NCBI GenBank assembly: GCA_002269645.1
Contig: NIVC01002971.1
Location: 1 to 64,000 of the forward strand
Length of the DNA: 64,000 nt
DNA from: Macrostomum lignano
Taxonomy: Eukaryota
Direction of reading: 5' to 3'
A program made the translations under genes and the position numbers. Positions 25,101-35,818 of this stretch are shown here, piece after piece. Positions within the stretch are counted from its first letter, which is position 1. Every line of letters starts with the position of its first letter. Below the pieces are notes generated by a model. It was not told the DNA's origin. It worked only from the letters and a program-made list of their open reading frames with translations, and ran no database searches.

Positions 25101-25695
25101 CTGCACCACCAAGAGGTCGCCCTACGCAGTGCTTCACGGATGTGACCCCAGGATCCCGGCAGAGCTCAGTTTACCTGCAGGCGGCGAAAGGAGGCTCGTC
25201 ACGGACACGCTGGCAGACGCTCGCACCGGCTTGCAGCTCGTGCGGCAGCGCCTGCAGTCGACACAGCGGTCACGGAAGCAGCAGTACGACAAGCGCCAGC
25301 ACTTCACGCCGATCCAAGTCGGGCAGCTGGTGATGCTCAGCAACCCGGCGGTGTTGAAGGGCCAGTCCAAGGCTCTCCGTCGGCGGTGGCTGGGACCGTA
25401 CCGCGTGCTCGAGAGGCTGAGCCCCGTCACCTACCGGATCTCAAAACCCGCCGGCCGGAGACGAAGCACGGTGGTGCATCACGACCGGCTCAAGCTGTTC
25501 GTGCGCAGGCGGCCGCAGCCCGCTTCCTGGCAGTCCGCCCCGACTCCGCCCGCTGCAGAGGCCGGCCGACCGCCCAGCCCGGCTGTCGATCCGCGGCTGA
25601 CCTGGACGGACTTGCTGGATGAGCCGACCGCAGTCGGCCCTCGGCGTTCTGCAAGGACTCGAAGACCGCCTGATTTTTATGCTGCGCAAAACTAG
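22072..25695 (+). CDS. pol: Pol (protease-RT-RNase H-integrase), in the -1 frame relative to gag
   Basis: LFDTGAQ protease, YMDD RT, RNase H (CCDSS, TDHKPL, ADALSR), HHCC zinc finger, integrase core (VDIKGP, SDQG, ERFNRT), GPY motif. Confidence 0.95.
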   Translation, partial: GKLLRTGERGPSPALPSKAQTVSIFLPGSIAGRPCRWLFDTGAQVTLVSAALLRVLGVDAQLHPPISTPVGIDGRRLESPASATLAIQLEGLPSVEHQVMVVAGIQPECVLGMDAIGKMCSSFSVNLPASSVQLGSTRISILPDRSSSQACRVVPTAVIARVASTVSIPARSRVIIPVKVPSSVEQGLFEPSSDFIDKTGLLPNRALVVSSVDGNLPVGVCNVSADPVVLYQNQAIGNFDAAEVNGADGEPGEEEAGFNINPELSESQRERIESLLCQAEQAFARHEFDLGTTHLLQHEINLEPGSRPIKHRQRTVPLNYRQQVDEKISEMRRHGIIEPSCSPWASNLLVVRKKNNEIRICTDWRALNSCTVKDAYPLPPLSAALDALTGGSWFSTLDLRQGFLQVELREQDREKTAFYTTQGLMQYRKLGFGLCNAPATFQRLMDLTMAGLNWTEVLTYMDDLILFSQTFEKHAETLEQVLGRLQSAGLKLNKRKSYFCFQEVEYLGHKISAEGIRPTQDKVSAIQSIPIPECAEDVRRLVGMLGFYRRFVPHFASIANPLHQATQKSRQFQWTTQCDDALRKLKSALSTPPVLKLPDFSKGFRLCCDSSGVAIAGVLSQLHEDAECPVAYASRVLNKAERNYSTTHRELLAVVWAMKHFRNYLASAGEILVFTDHKPLQGLLNTKEPEGRLARWITFLQEINFKLLFRPGRENVVADALSRAAATRLHPAWSDNDIRVAQADDPVLAAARQVLLGQRPRRGKAADDAEHLVRTEKLDLGEDGVLKKSGQPVIPRQLRQDLLQLLHDDPASGHLGTERTLARVVSRAWWPGLKDDVQHWVSSCEVCQRRKVPHQHQRAPLQINTVPSAPWEMVQVDIKGPLPETEAGLRYIICFTDVFSKWVEATAVSNIEARTVSDALLRSVVLRHGAPEVIHSDQGRQFESDIFQELCRLLDIRKTRTTPFHPSGNPAVERFNRTLGDMLAAYCMEQQNKWADFLPYVIWAYNSSAHCTTKRSPYAVLHGCDPRIPAELSLPAGGERRLVTDTLADARTGLQLVRQRLQSTQRSRKQQYDKRQHFTPIQVGQLVMLSNPAVLKGQSKALRRRWLGPYRVLERLSPVTYRISKPAGRRRSTVVHHDRLKLFVRRRPQPASWQSAPTPPAAEAGRPPSPAVDPRLTWTDLLDEPTAVGPRRSARTRRPPDFYAAQN

Positions 25696-25788
25696 TTTAC
25701 TGGTTCATTTTTGCTATTCGTGCATTTTTAATTCTCATGGTTTTACTGCCTCTTTTGTCTTTTCGCAGTTTTTTATTATCCTCAATTT

Positions 25789-25801
25789 AGGGAAGGAGTG
25801 A
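25789..25801 (+). promoter_or_regulatory. Polypurine tract
   Basis: AGGGAAGGAGTGA immediately before the 3' LTR. Confidence 0.85.
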
Positions 25802-25982
25802 TGTAAGAGGCGTGAATGTTTTCGCTGTTGTGTGGTTGTTATTGGGTCGGAGTTATTCATCTGCAAATAATCGCGATGTACATTGATTGATGTACATTGC
25901 AAATATATAAATCGTTGCGCGTGGCTTTAGCCACTTCGTGTGTTTTTGGTCTCGCTTAACTCTCGCCTTCTCTCAGTTTACA
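25802..25982 (+). repeat. 3' LTR
   Basis: Identical to the 5' LTR. Confidence 0.97.
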
Positions 25983-26363
25983 CTGCTCTTGATTGTCGTG
26001 AGGCGGCCCGTATATTTATGCTTTTTTCCATTCGGCCGCCTCTGCAAAATTTAATCTGGGCTTAAGTCTTTTGAAAAAGCTGGGTTGACAATTTACGAGT
26101 ATTGCTTTGCTGCCTTTGATGGTAATTTAATATTTCAGCTTGTTTTTTTGGTGAGCATCAATTTTTCTGATTAATACAGTCATCAACATGAATTGCACTG
26201 CGTTCATCTTCACCCAGCTAGATTTTTTCTGATGTGGTCAGTAAGCAAGAAAGCTGTTGATTGAATTGAAAACCCATCTTATTATCTAGATGTAACTGCT
26301 TTATCCCGAGATTAGCGTTGCCCTGGCGAAAGAGAAAGATTGATTTCAGTATCCCTGCCCCGC
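25983..26363. repeat. 381-bp direct duplicate of 20643-21023 (GPCR upstream region)
   Basis: CTGCTCTTGATT...CCTGCCCCGC on both sides of the Gypsy; one mismatch seen (ACAGCCATC vs ACAGTCATC). Confidence 0.95.
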
Positions 26364-26415
26364 TGATAACGACAATTGTAATTGCATGTGACGCCCTAGA
26401 CTAGACTGGTTTCTA

Positions 26416-26760
26416 CGAGCGTAGTAAATCACAAGGTCTTTGTGTCAGAGTCGAGTGTAGTAAATCACAAGGTCTTTGTGTCAGAGTCGAGCGTAGTAAA
26501 TCACAAGGTCTTTGTGTCAGAGTCGAGTGTAGTAAATCACAAGGTCTTTGTGTCAGAGTCGAGCGTAGTAAATCACAAGGTCTTTGTGTCAGAGTCGAGC
26601 GTAGTAAATCACAAGGTCTTTGTGTCAGAGTCGAGCGTAGTAAATCACAAGGTCTTTGTGTCAGAGTCGAGCGTAGTAAATCACAAGGTCTTTGTGTCAG
26701 AGTCGAGCGTAGTAAATCACAAGGTCTTTGTCTCAGAGTCAAGGGTAGTAAATCACATCT
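26416..26760. repeat. 36-bp minisatellite (~9.5 copies)
   Basis: Unit GAGTCGAGCGTAGTAAATCACAAGGTCTTTGTGTCA, with no spacers. Confidence 0.95.
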
Positions 26761-27478
26761 GTGTCAGTGTCTACGTGTGTCACATGGACCGTTTTCATTG
26801 CGTCATAGTCTGCTAAGCGCACTTCGTCAGGACACGTTCATTCATCGGACTCCGCCATCAGCCCTCCCTAGCTTCACTCTCTAGGAGAACATCAAGTCTT
26901 CATTATGAATCGCAAGAGCAACTCGATGTCTTGCTTTGAAAGATTTTTTTCTAAAACAAGGAAAGTACTGTAGCGAGAATTTTGCTATTTAACAACAGGC
27001 TTATAAATCATTAGAAAAGGCAAGTTGTGCTACACAGATACGCCCTCATGGCGGGTCCTTTGCAAATCTGCATGCGAGTATAGTAGTGTAGTATAGCTTC
27101 CACTTGAGGCAGGATGCTGGCCTGTTGCTGCTTGTGGAAAGCTTAGGTTAGGCAGATGATTTAGGTAAAACTAATGAGGCTTTACAATTTATCAGCCACA
27201 CGCAGGAGTGCACAGTGTGTCACGTTGCCTAGCTATAGATAGAGTGCATAGTGGCGCAGACTGCGTTGCCTGCACGCACCCAACCTGAACTGTAAAGCAT
27301 TTTATGTAGTTTTAAACCCTTCCCATGTGGGTTTTTCTTTGTGGGAAGGGGTATTTCGTAGCACAAGAAACTATTGTACCGCTACACCTTTATTTGTTCG
27401 AGCATATATAGATGTAGTATACATGACGAACATTGGGTCACAAACATTACTTAGTTCTCGCAATGCCTTGCATTATAA

Positions 27479-28200
27479 TACGAGGGGTGTCCCAGAAGTA
27501 TGTAGTGTCACTTTTGCTTGCTTCCATGAGTACACCTTTTCACGTTTAATTTTGAACAAAGTCCAGTTCTAAAAAAACTAGCGGAAATTCAATTCAGACA
27601 ATTCAGACTGGGGACAATTTTGTCTATGGCTAAAACTTGCTTCGGTTGCATAATGTTTTGAACTGGGGTTTGTTGCCCCAGTCGGAATTGTCTAAATTGA
27701 ATTTCCGCTAGTTTTTTTAGAACTGGACTTTGTTCAAAATTGAACGTGAAAAGGTGTATTAATGTGTGTTTAAAAATCATATGCCTTAAAAGTTAGCGGC
27801 TTATTTTAGCTTTCATGCCACGAAAATCGAAAATCCAATTTTTATAAGTGCTTCCTGCTATAAGCAGCATGCATTTGTTCGCATACCCTTGGCCATAGAA
27901 ATACACACCGCATTGTGCTTCTATGCTCACTCAGAAGAAAGCCACAAGTAGAGCTGATCAAGCACAGAGTTGCAAGACAGCAGCTGCAAGATTTGTTCCA
28001 CTCATCATGGGCCCTAACTTTTGGATGAGTTGACAACACACTGCCGGCCGCCTCGCATTGTTCGATCCACCTGTAAACTGTCGTCGACTGATGGCATCGG
28101 GAGTCGGGACCGTGAATGCGGGTCAGGTTTTCGTGAATGTCAGGGCATTTCTGACCAAGACTCCAAAGTGTAAAAATTGCGTGACTCCGCCCTTCTGTAG
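27479..28200 (-). mobile_element. Tc1/mariner-derived remnant with an internal 83-bp inverted repeat
   Basis: TA+CGAGGGGTGTCCCAGAAGT mariner-type TIR at 27479. The - strand at ~28040-28190 encodes an N-terminal HTH-like remnant (AIFTLWSLGQKCPDIHENL..IHG...TTVYRWI). IR arms at 27531-27613 and 27676-27758. Confidence 0.55.
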
Positions 28201-28731
28201 AGTGAAAGTTCTGTATTATGTATGACGCTTCGTAGTATGACGCAAGTCATACATAATTAATCAATAGCTAGTTTATAGTAAACTTTGCGAGCAACTTCCA
28301 TCAAAGAGGGCTAAATGAAAAACATGCAAATCAATGCAAATCATGCAAATCAGTTAAAATTAAAAAAACTCGCTATAATTGAAAAAGTATGCTCCAATGC
28401 AACAAGAAAAGTGATTTTAGAGTCTTGTATTCAAAATACATTTTAAGGGAAGTGGACTTAAAATTATGTGCATGCATTTAAGCTAGAGCTGGCCGCTACA
28501 TTAGGATCAGAAGTTGATTATAACAATTAATAGCAATTAGTAAAGAAAATATTGGTTATCAAAGAATACCTACGTATGATTTTTTACTCCTAGTGGGAAT
28601 AAATCAGTTGTTGAATAAAATTTGTTGCAATGGCAAATATATGTACTTTCACAGCGCTAAATTTCCTACAACTCAGTAAGGCTAGTTGAAGTGCAATTAG
28701 GATTCAATAGGCTAAAGCTGAGTGCTCCTTG

Positions 28732-29456
28732 CCCGATAAAAACGGTACCCAGGCCAAGAAGCGTTCCGGAGTCACCTGCGTCGCCCAGAGTCGTTTCAGA
28801 CGCGTTACAGATGATAGATCAAATAGGAAAGAAGTGATTCTAAAAAGACTCTTAGATGTCCCAGTACAAGTCGCCAAAAAGTCGCAGAAGAGGCGCTTTA
28901 GCGTCACTTAGTGCATCACTTTTGAGTAGATGAGCACGCATTTTCTTTTCGCCCAGAAATGACGATCAAGCAGTCTGTTAGACCCGTAGTAACGACTCTG
29001 TAAGTTGTCCTTGAGTGACGCACTAAACGGTTCTACAGTGACGCTAAAGCGCTTCTTCTGCGACTTTTTAGCGACTGCAGAACGCCACTGAAACGCCGGA
29101 AATGTGACTCTAATTCATCAAGCGATGCAAATGCGCTTTAAAAACCACTCAGCGACTCTAGCTATAGCTAGTAGTGCGACTACTCTGGAACGCCGGCCTC
29201 AAATACGACTCTATGGCCCCAGAATCGTTATACTGGCGCCCCGGAGTCGCTAGAGTCGCGCCAAAATCACTTGCGTCGCCCCCTCTCCCTCCAGAATCGT
29301 TCAGAATCGCAGACAATAAAATGTATCAAAGTGATTTTGGGGCGATTCTAACGACTTTTTGGCGACTTGTACCGTGACATCTCGGATCGTTTTAGAGTCG
29401 TTTACCGAGTCACTTCTTTCCTATTTGATCTATGTCTGGGTACCGTTTTCACCGGG
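28732..29456. mobile_element. Non-autonomous TIR element (CCCAG...CTGGG core 28748-29440, TA-flanked) with AGTCG/CGACT subterminal repeats
   Basis: Long imperfect inverted repeats (GATAGATCAAATAGGAAAGAAGTGA, GTACAAGTCGCCAAAAAGTCG and their complements); no ORF. Confidence 0.75.
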
Positions 29457-30159
29457 TTTTACAGCATTTTACCTTCCATTTCATTTAAACTCAACTTAAT
29501 TTACTTTGGACAATCGGAAGTTCAACTTCGTTACTTCTAGCTAGGTCTATATACATGTAAGTCTACATTCATTATGTATCGTCAAACTGACGTTGACGAT
29601 TTTGGATGTACGCTGACGAAAGTGAATCAGATTTTATAAAAGTTGCGTCAACAGATTGTCGAAATGAATTGGAGCTCGACAAAAAATAAATGGAGTTTTG
29701 TCAGTGCCAACCACATATAGGCTCTCTTCACAATAAAAATTTGTGCTTGCTGTCGATATTGAAAAGGAGTTTGTCTAAAATAAATTTATAGATGTACATG
29801 TACATCTAAAAAAATTGAAGTGTCGAATTTGCATGAACTTCCGATATTGTCTAAAGTGAATTAGAATTTGAATGAAATTGAAGGTAAAATGGTGCAACAT
29901 GAAATACACTTTAGGGAATTTTAATTTTGCACGCAGGAAAAATGTTAGGCTTTGCAATTGAAAAATTTCTCGGACTTTTGGTTTTCCTGTTTTTTACTTG
30001 ATCCGTTCTGGTGCGTTCCCATAATTTTTTTCAGAGCGCCAAAATAAGTGCCTTTAAATTACTAATTTTGTCAAGTTACTTAAAAATAGTGTATAGTATT
30101 CCAGTAATACCTGAACAATTGACAATCGCCACGCACTTTAAAGTTCCCAATGTAGTGTA

Positions 30160-33037
30160 GTAGTGTAATTTTGGCTCAGGCAAGCAGCCTGTTTAGCCAG
30201 TATGGGCTTTGTATTTATGATTTAATTTTTAGATGCTAGGAATAATTGTTAAATTAGTCGAGGTAAATTACGAAGTATTGCTTTGACTACGAGATAAGAT
30301 ACGATCGAATAAAGCCAGATCGAAAAATCGAAAAAAGTATGAGAACAATTGTTTTTAAATTACCACAAAAGGGCGCAATGAAAGGTAACGATCGAGGTTT
30401 TTAATAAAAATTGGTTGTTCATTTAGGATATTATTAACACTATAAAAATATGATAAGGACGCACCTTTTTTCAATCTTAGAACTGCACGTTTTGCTTCAA
30501 TGCGCTTTTCCCCTACTGTCAGTAGGCTAGCTTAGGAATCTCTCTCCATTCTCTCATCCAGGCTAAGTTCTACACTAATTCATGCCATCACTATTAATTA
30601 TGATAAATACTCAATGTACTTCTCTTAGGATTCTAATTTTGGATTGTTTTGGATGGTCAGACTGTCTGGGTTTGAGACGGATTGACCTCTAGCAGTCTAG
30701 ACGGGCGACACTAAGTCTGGGAGGAATGGTTTCAACCCCATTCTGACCCCCAGATTTGCGGCTTTTTCACTGTTTTCAGTACTTTATGGCGGTCTAGCTG
30801 TCACTTTTGGCTCCAGCCTATCTGGGTCAATGAGGTCTTTCCAGCTTTCTCCCCACTCACTCTGTTACTTTCTCCTTTAATTTATGGGTGTTTTGCTGTC
30901 ACTTTTGGCGCCAGGGTGTCTAGACTAGTGGCTTTTATTATGTTTTGCGCATGATTTATGACCGCACCTGTCATCTTCCCTGGGGTCTGAAGGCCACCTG
31001 GTGGGGTGGGTTTTGGGGTCTTGAGCTCAGCCAATCAGAGTCGACCTGACTGCCCCCGGCTCGACCAATCAGAAAATTCGGCGCCTATTTTAACAAAAGC
31101 TCTCAGCCAAACGGAAAATTCGGCGTGCATTATAACAAATCAGCCGCGTGAGAGCTATAAAAGGCGGCAACTCGAACCGCGCTCGAGACACCCGCGCGAC
31201 CTTTTGCGAACTGGTCGTTTAATCCCTGGCCTTTGTCCTTGCCAGGCCTTCTGGGGCGCTCGACTTGGCCTGATACTGCCTTCAGGCTCTTCCCCCCTGC
31301 GGTCCTGCCGACCTGATCCTCCTTCCCCGGCAGTTTCGGCTTCAACAGCTAAGTTCCCCCTGAGAAGCATCGTCAATATCTCCCGGCAGTGATCTAAGAG
31401 CAGCAACGACAACCGGCAAGTGAGGAGCAACAGCGTCGCGCGTCAGTTAAGATCAGCAGCAGCATCCCATCCGAGCGCTTCGGTCTCTGTGGATTCCTTG
31501 GCCAGCGGCAGATAGGTCCTCTGATTGGTTTGGTGAGAGGCTCTCTTGACCTGCTTAACTGGGTGCACCCTTTGTCTGACCCCTTCCTAGGTAGTCTGAT
31601 AGATTTGCACTTTTGCTTACTTGCTTTTGTGTGCCAATCTCGAGGCAGAAGTGTCAGTTAATATTAAAAGTAGACATTTGCTCTAACTCAATCTAAAGTG
31701 TTTAGGATTGCGGATTAAGTGAGAAAGTTAAATCTGGAAGTTAAAGACTTAGCGTTTTCTTTCTTTTTCGCAATGCCAGCTGAGATGAGCGGCTAAATCT
31801 AGAGGCAGAGGTCACAGTGGACCGGAAGCGGCACAGTTCCCAGTCAATCAGACAATCTAAGAAATCATTATGTTAAGCATGCAAATTAGGAGCCAGACTG
31901 GCGCTTTGGCGCGGTCACTGGCAGTTAAGCGGCTAAAGTAAGTTAAAAATTAGTCTAAAGATCTCCGAAAGTGACAATGCAGCTACATCATCGCTATCTG
32001 TCGACGTGTTAACACATTTAGTGCCAAAAGCGTGCCGTTACGTGTACTTATACATGTACTTCTGGGAATTTGGTAATGAAATAGTACTTTTAGTAGTGTA
32101 TGAAGGCTCGCCAGCGCAAGAACCCCCTGCAAAAGTCCTCTCTGTCCCTGCATGGCCAATGCGATCTTAGTCCCAGCAGCGTCCCTTCTATTCGGCTATG
32201 ACTTCGAGATTTAGACAGCTAAAAGACACTAGATCTGGCAGGTAAGTGCAGTGCCCCTCTAGTCGGAAGTCCGATTTCGATAGCTCCGGTTTGGTGAGCC
32301 GGGGCGCACGGACTGGTGGCAGCGGGTTAGTTAATCTGCGGATTAGCTAATCATATCTCTACCTTTCAAATTCTCCCTGCTTGTCTCTCACTGTCTTCTC
32401 CTAGCTAGGACCTTGCTGCTCGCCCACAATCTAGCTACCATGGGGCTGACCATCTGACAGGAGTGAGAGGCCAGAGTTCTAAGAGATTCATTTCTGAATT
32501 CTGAGGCTCGAAGCTATAGGCTTAAAAAGGCCGAACCCATCAAATAATAATAATAAATATTGATAATTAATTTTTAGTATGTCTCAAGATTTAAAAATGG
32601 TGTGAGAAAAAATGAACAAAAAATAACGCATTTAGTACAACTAGTAAACGCATTTAGGTAAGCATTTGTTTTGACAGAATCGATGCCGTAATATGCTTAC
32701 GTTGTGCTACATCGATAAATTTGCAACCTTTGTCTGTCAAAAAACCCTGAGTACATTGTTTGCTTTTTACTAACTTTTCTTTTTCTTCTAGTATAACTGA
32801 TTGACCTATATTGATTTTTTGTTAATAAATGCGTAGGCCCCCTATAGATACACTCGTATTTTTGTATATTTTTGTTATATAGGTAATAGTAGTGTTTGCA
32901 TCGGATTTGAAAAATATTGTAAATTTGTGCTGTATAGAAATATGAAATTATCTATTTCTAGCATCTAAAAATTAAATCATTAATACAAAGCCCATACTGG
33001 CTAAACAGGCTGCTTGCCTGAGCCAAAATTACACTAC
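30160..33037. mobile_element. ~2.9-kb non-autonomous element with ~80-bp near-perfect TIRs; unclassified
   Basis: 30160-30239 is the reverse complement of 32958-33037 (one mismatch); no transposase ORF inside. Confidence 0.75.
31028..31170 (+). promoter_or_regulatory. Pol II promoter-like module: two CCAATCAG boxes, duplicated GAAAATTCGGCG, and a TATAAAAG box
   Basis: AGCCAATCAG (~31029), GACCAATCAG (~31063) and CTATAAAAGG (~31156). Confidence 0.55.
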
Positions 33038-35014
33038 ACACTAAACTACACACTACTGTAAAGTTAAGTTAAATTCATGACGTTACTTTACGTGTAGTGC
33101 CGCTAGTGCCAGTGCGTACTACATGTGAGACTTGTGAGTCAACCTGATAAAGCTAAACAGTTCGAAGATGTGGCTTTTTGTGCACGTTCTACGAGCTATA
33201 TATAATATCAAAATGCTTAACTGTTGGCTTAATTATAGTTTTATAAGGCCATGTGGGGTCATAATTTGCAAACTGTTTAGGCCCTACACTTAGACTTAGG
33301 CCCCTATGACTGACGGAATTAGCAAATTAGCAACGCTAATGTAAAATGTCTAAAGCGGGAACCAACCAACTCGAACAATGGAACAAAGTATATTCCACTG
33401 TATTATGTAATTATGTGGTTGAAACCTATGTTGTATGAAGACTTGTTTTACTAGGCCTATATGGGTTGGTAATGGTAGGTATCTTAATCTGACTATTGTC
33501 AAAGTGGTTAATAGTTTCTAGGAATATAACAGTTTGAATCTGCGCTAATAATTTGTTTTACTCTACAAAATATTCTATATATTCCATATATTCTATATAT
33601 TCTCAATATTTGATGTTTGTTAAAAATACACACGTTCAAATAGTATAAATAGGAGCAGGCTGAGAGGAAGAAGAGGAACTCGTTCGTTAGCTATAAGCTC
33701 AAAACGTGTTCAATAAACATTCTCAGATCTTTGCTCATTTTAAAAGGTATTGAAAGTCAGAATTGAGAATTCATGCAGAGAGAGTACTAAGAGTAATCGC
33801 TGTGACCCTCTAATCTTGGTAACGCCCAGACTGGAGAGAGAAAGTACATATACCAGTAAGACCACTCAGGCCATATACTAAGAACGCTACCAGACTAATA
33901 CATAAGAACGCTACCCAGAAAATACATGAGATTCTAAGAAACAGTTAGAAATACTAAAGGCAGAATTTAGTATCAGCAGTATAAATTCGATAGCAGGGAA
34001 TTTGAAGGCCTGTTACAACTTTGGTGGCAGCTTGTAGGACATTTAATAAACACTAATAGTTAGAAGTTGAGAAAGACAGAGCCAGAAGGCCTGTCACACT
34101 ATGTTAACTATGATGGCTATGGGTAGGCCCCTATGGGTCTGTGACATGACATAGTTACTTAAAAAACCCAAAAATACTATAGGCCTAGCCTACAGGCCTA
34201 GTCTAATCGGTCAATAGAATTTTATCTAAAAATACTCAGCAAAAATGTAAGAAAGTAACTTTTCTATATCTTTTTATCTATTTTTATAGTAGTTGTTATT
34301 TATATATAGTAGGCCTACCATATATTGCTAGTATTCATAAATACCTTGGGGCCTATAAATCATTAGCTTAGAGGCTATTCAATTAAAAAACATTTGTGCC
34401 ATTTATGTCATTCTCTTATGAGATAGATTCATATACTGTAGTAATAAAAATGATATTTTCTTACTAAACCTTTTAATTTCTTAGATCCAACAATTTCTAT
34501 AAGACTTCCTTGTTATAGAAACCAAATATAAACTAGTCACAAAGTCTTTCCAAGTTGTGAACATATTTGTAGCCCTCTGATAATTGTTTCAGCCCACAAC
34601 TTTAAGCCAAAATACTTTTATTGCTCTCTTTTGGTTTTTGCTTTTTTGTTTTGCTTTTTGGAACTTAAATCTATTAGCAAGTATAGACTTTTTGCCCTTA
34701 ATTTTATTCTTTAATAGCTTTGCCAGAGCATTGAAGGATTTGGTTTTTGCTTTGTCAAAAATAGATTAAAGATCTGCTTGCCAAATAGTGTCAAGAATCA
34801 TACTTCTTGTTGGTTGACTAGCCATTTAATTTAGGCCCTAGTGCTAATCTAAAAATGCTAGATCCATTGGTTTGGGTCTTTGCCATCATTGAATAGGTCC
34901 ATCATTTCAGTTGGTAGCTTTGTGACCATTGTTAGACCTGTCCTTAGGTTTTAAAAAGAATTGAAAGTCTGATTGCCATTTTTTCTTTTGGCCTTTTTTG
35001 TTTTGGCTTATGCT

Positions 35015-35171
35015 TGGGTGCAACCTAGGGATTCACCCAGCTGATCTATTGGCAACACACAGGTAAGTCACTATTAGACAAAATAGTAGTCATATGACTA
35101 CTCTCAACCAATAGTGACTTACATGTGTGTGCTGCCAATAAAAATGGCTGGGTGATTTCCAAGGTTACCCA
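35015..35171. mobile_element. 157-bp palindromic MITE-like hairpin
   Basis: TGGGTGCAACC..TCACCCAGC..TATTGGCAACACACAGGTAAGTCACTATT pairs with AATAGTGACTTACATGTGTGTGCTGCCAATA..GCTGGGTGA..GGTTACCCA. Central perfect palindrome AGTAGTCATATGACTACT at 35085-35102. Confidence 0.7.
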
Positions 35172-35818
35172 TGTATGTTATAGCTCTTTTCCTTGTTGTT
35201 GCTGCCAAATCAATACAAGCACACAGTATACTCAAATTAAATTTTTTCATTTAAAATCTAAAAAATCGCCAAGTTCTTTATTTTCTAGAATTCTTCCATA
35301 GCTGTAGATATGGCTATAGGAAGTTATAGACAATGGTTTTTAGAAAACATATATATATTGTTTTTGGAATGCATATTTTATTATATCTAGTTCCTGTATC
35401 TAGTAGTATTGTCCACTCAATCTCTAAGACTTGGAAAACTTTAAGAGTCATTAGAGCTCATAATTTGATAGTTTGAAGGGGGTTTAGAACAATGCAACAG
35501 ATTTTCCATGCCACATGAACATTGTAGGGTGGTTGGGGTTAAGTAGCTTTGGATATGGATAGACTACAGGGAGAATTGAAATGGCTTTAGAATTGCAAAT
35601 AGTAAGCATTAAAGTACTAATGCTACAATAAGGCTGTATTGTTAGAGAAACTGTATGAAAATCTTTGCCTGCAAATAGTTCAAGAGCAGTATTAATTAGG
35701 AAATAAAATTATGAACATTAAACTTTTGTTGCACCATTTCACCACAAGATGCCTAGGCCTTGTCGTCTGTCGCAGTCTATTTTAATCATCTTCTGGCATT
35801 GCTTTTTTTACAGCTAAA

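Larger units (their letters stand above)
21024..25982 (+). mobile_element. Intact, very young Ty3/Gypsy LTR retrotransposon
   Basis: Identical 181-bp LTRs (21024-21204, 25802-25982; TG...CA), PBS, PPT, open gag and pol. Confidence 0.97.

Noticed and set aside
26416-26760. Possible CRISPR array (36-bp repeat)
   Set aside because: Units are directly adjacent with no unique spacers, there are no cas genes, and the context is eukaryotic.
31006-31430. Short ORFs around the CCAAT/TATA module; possible snRNA or SL RNA gene
   Set aside because: No domain similarity, and no Sm site or known snRNA/SL sequence recognised.
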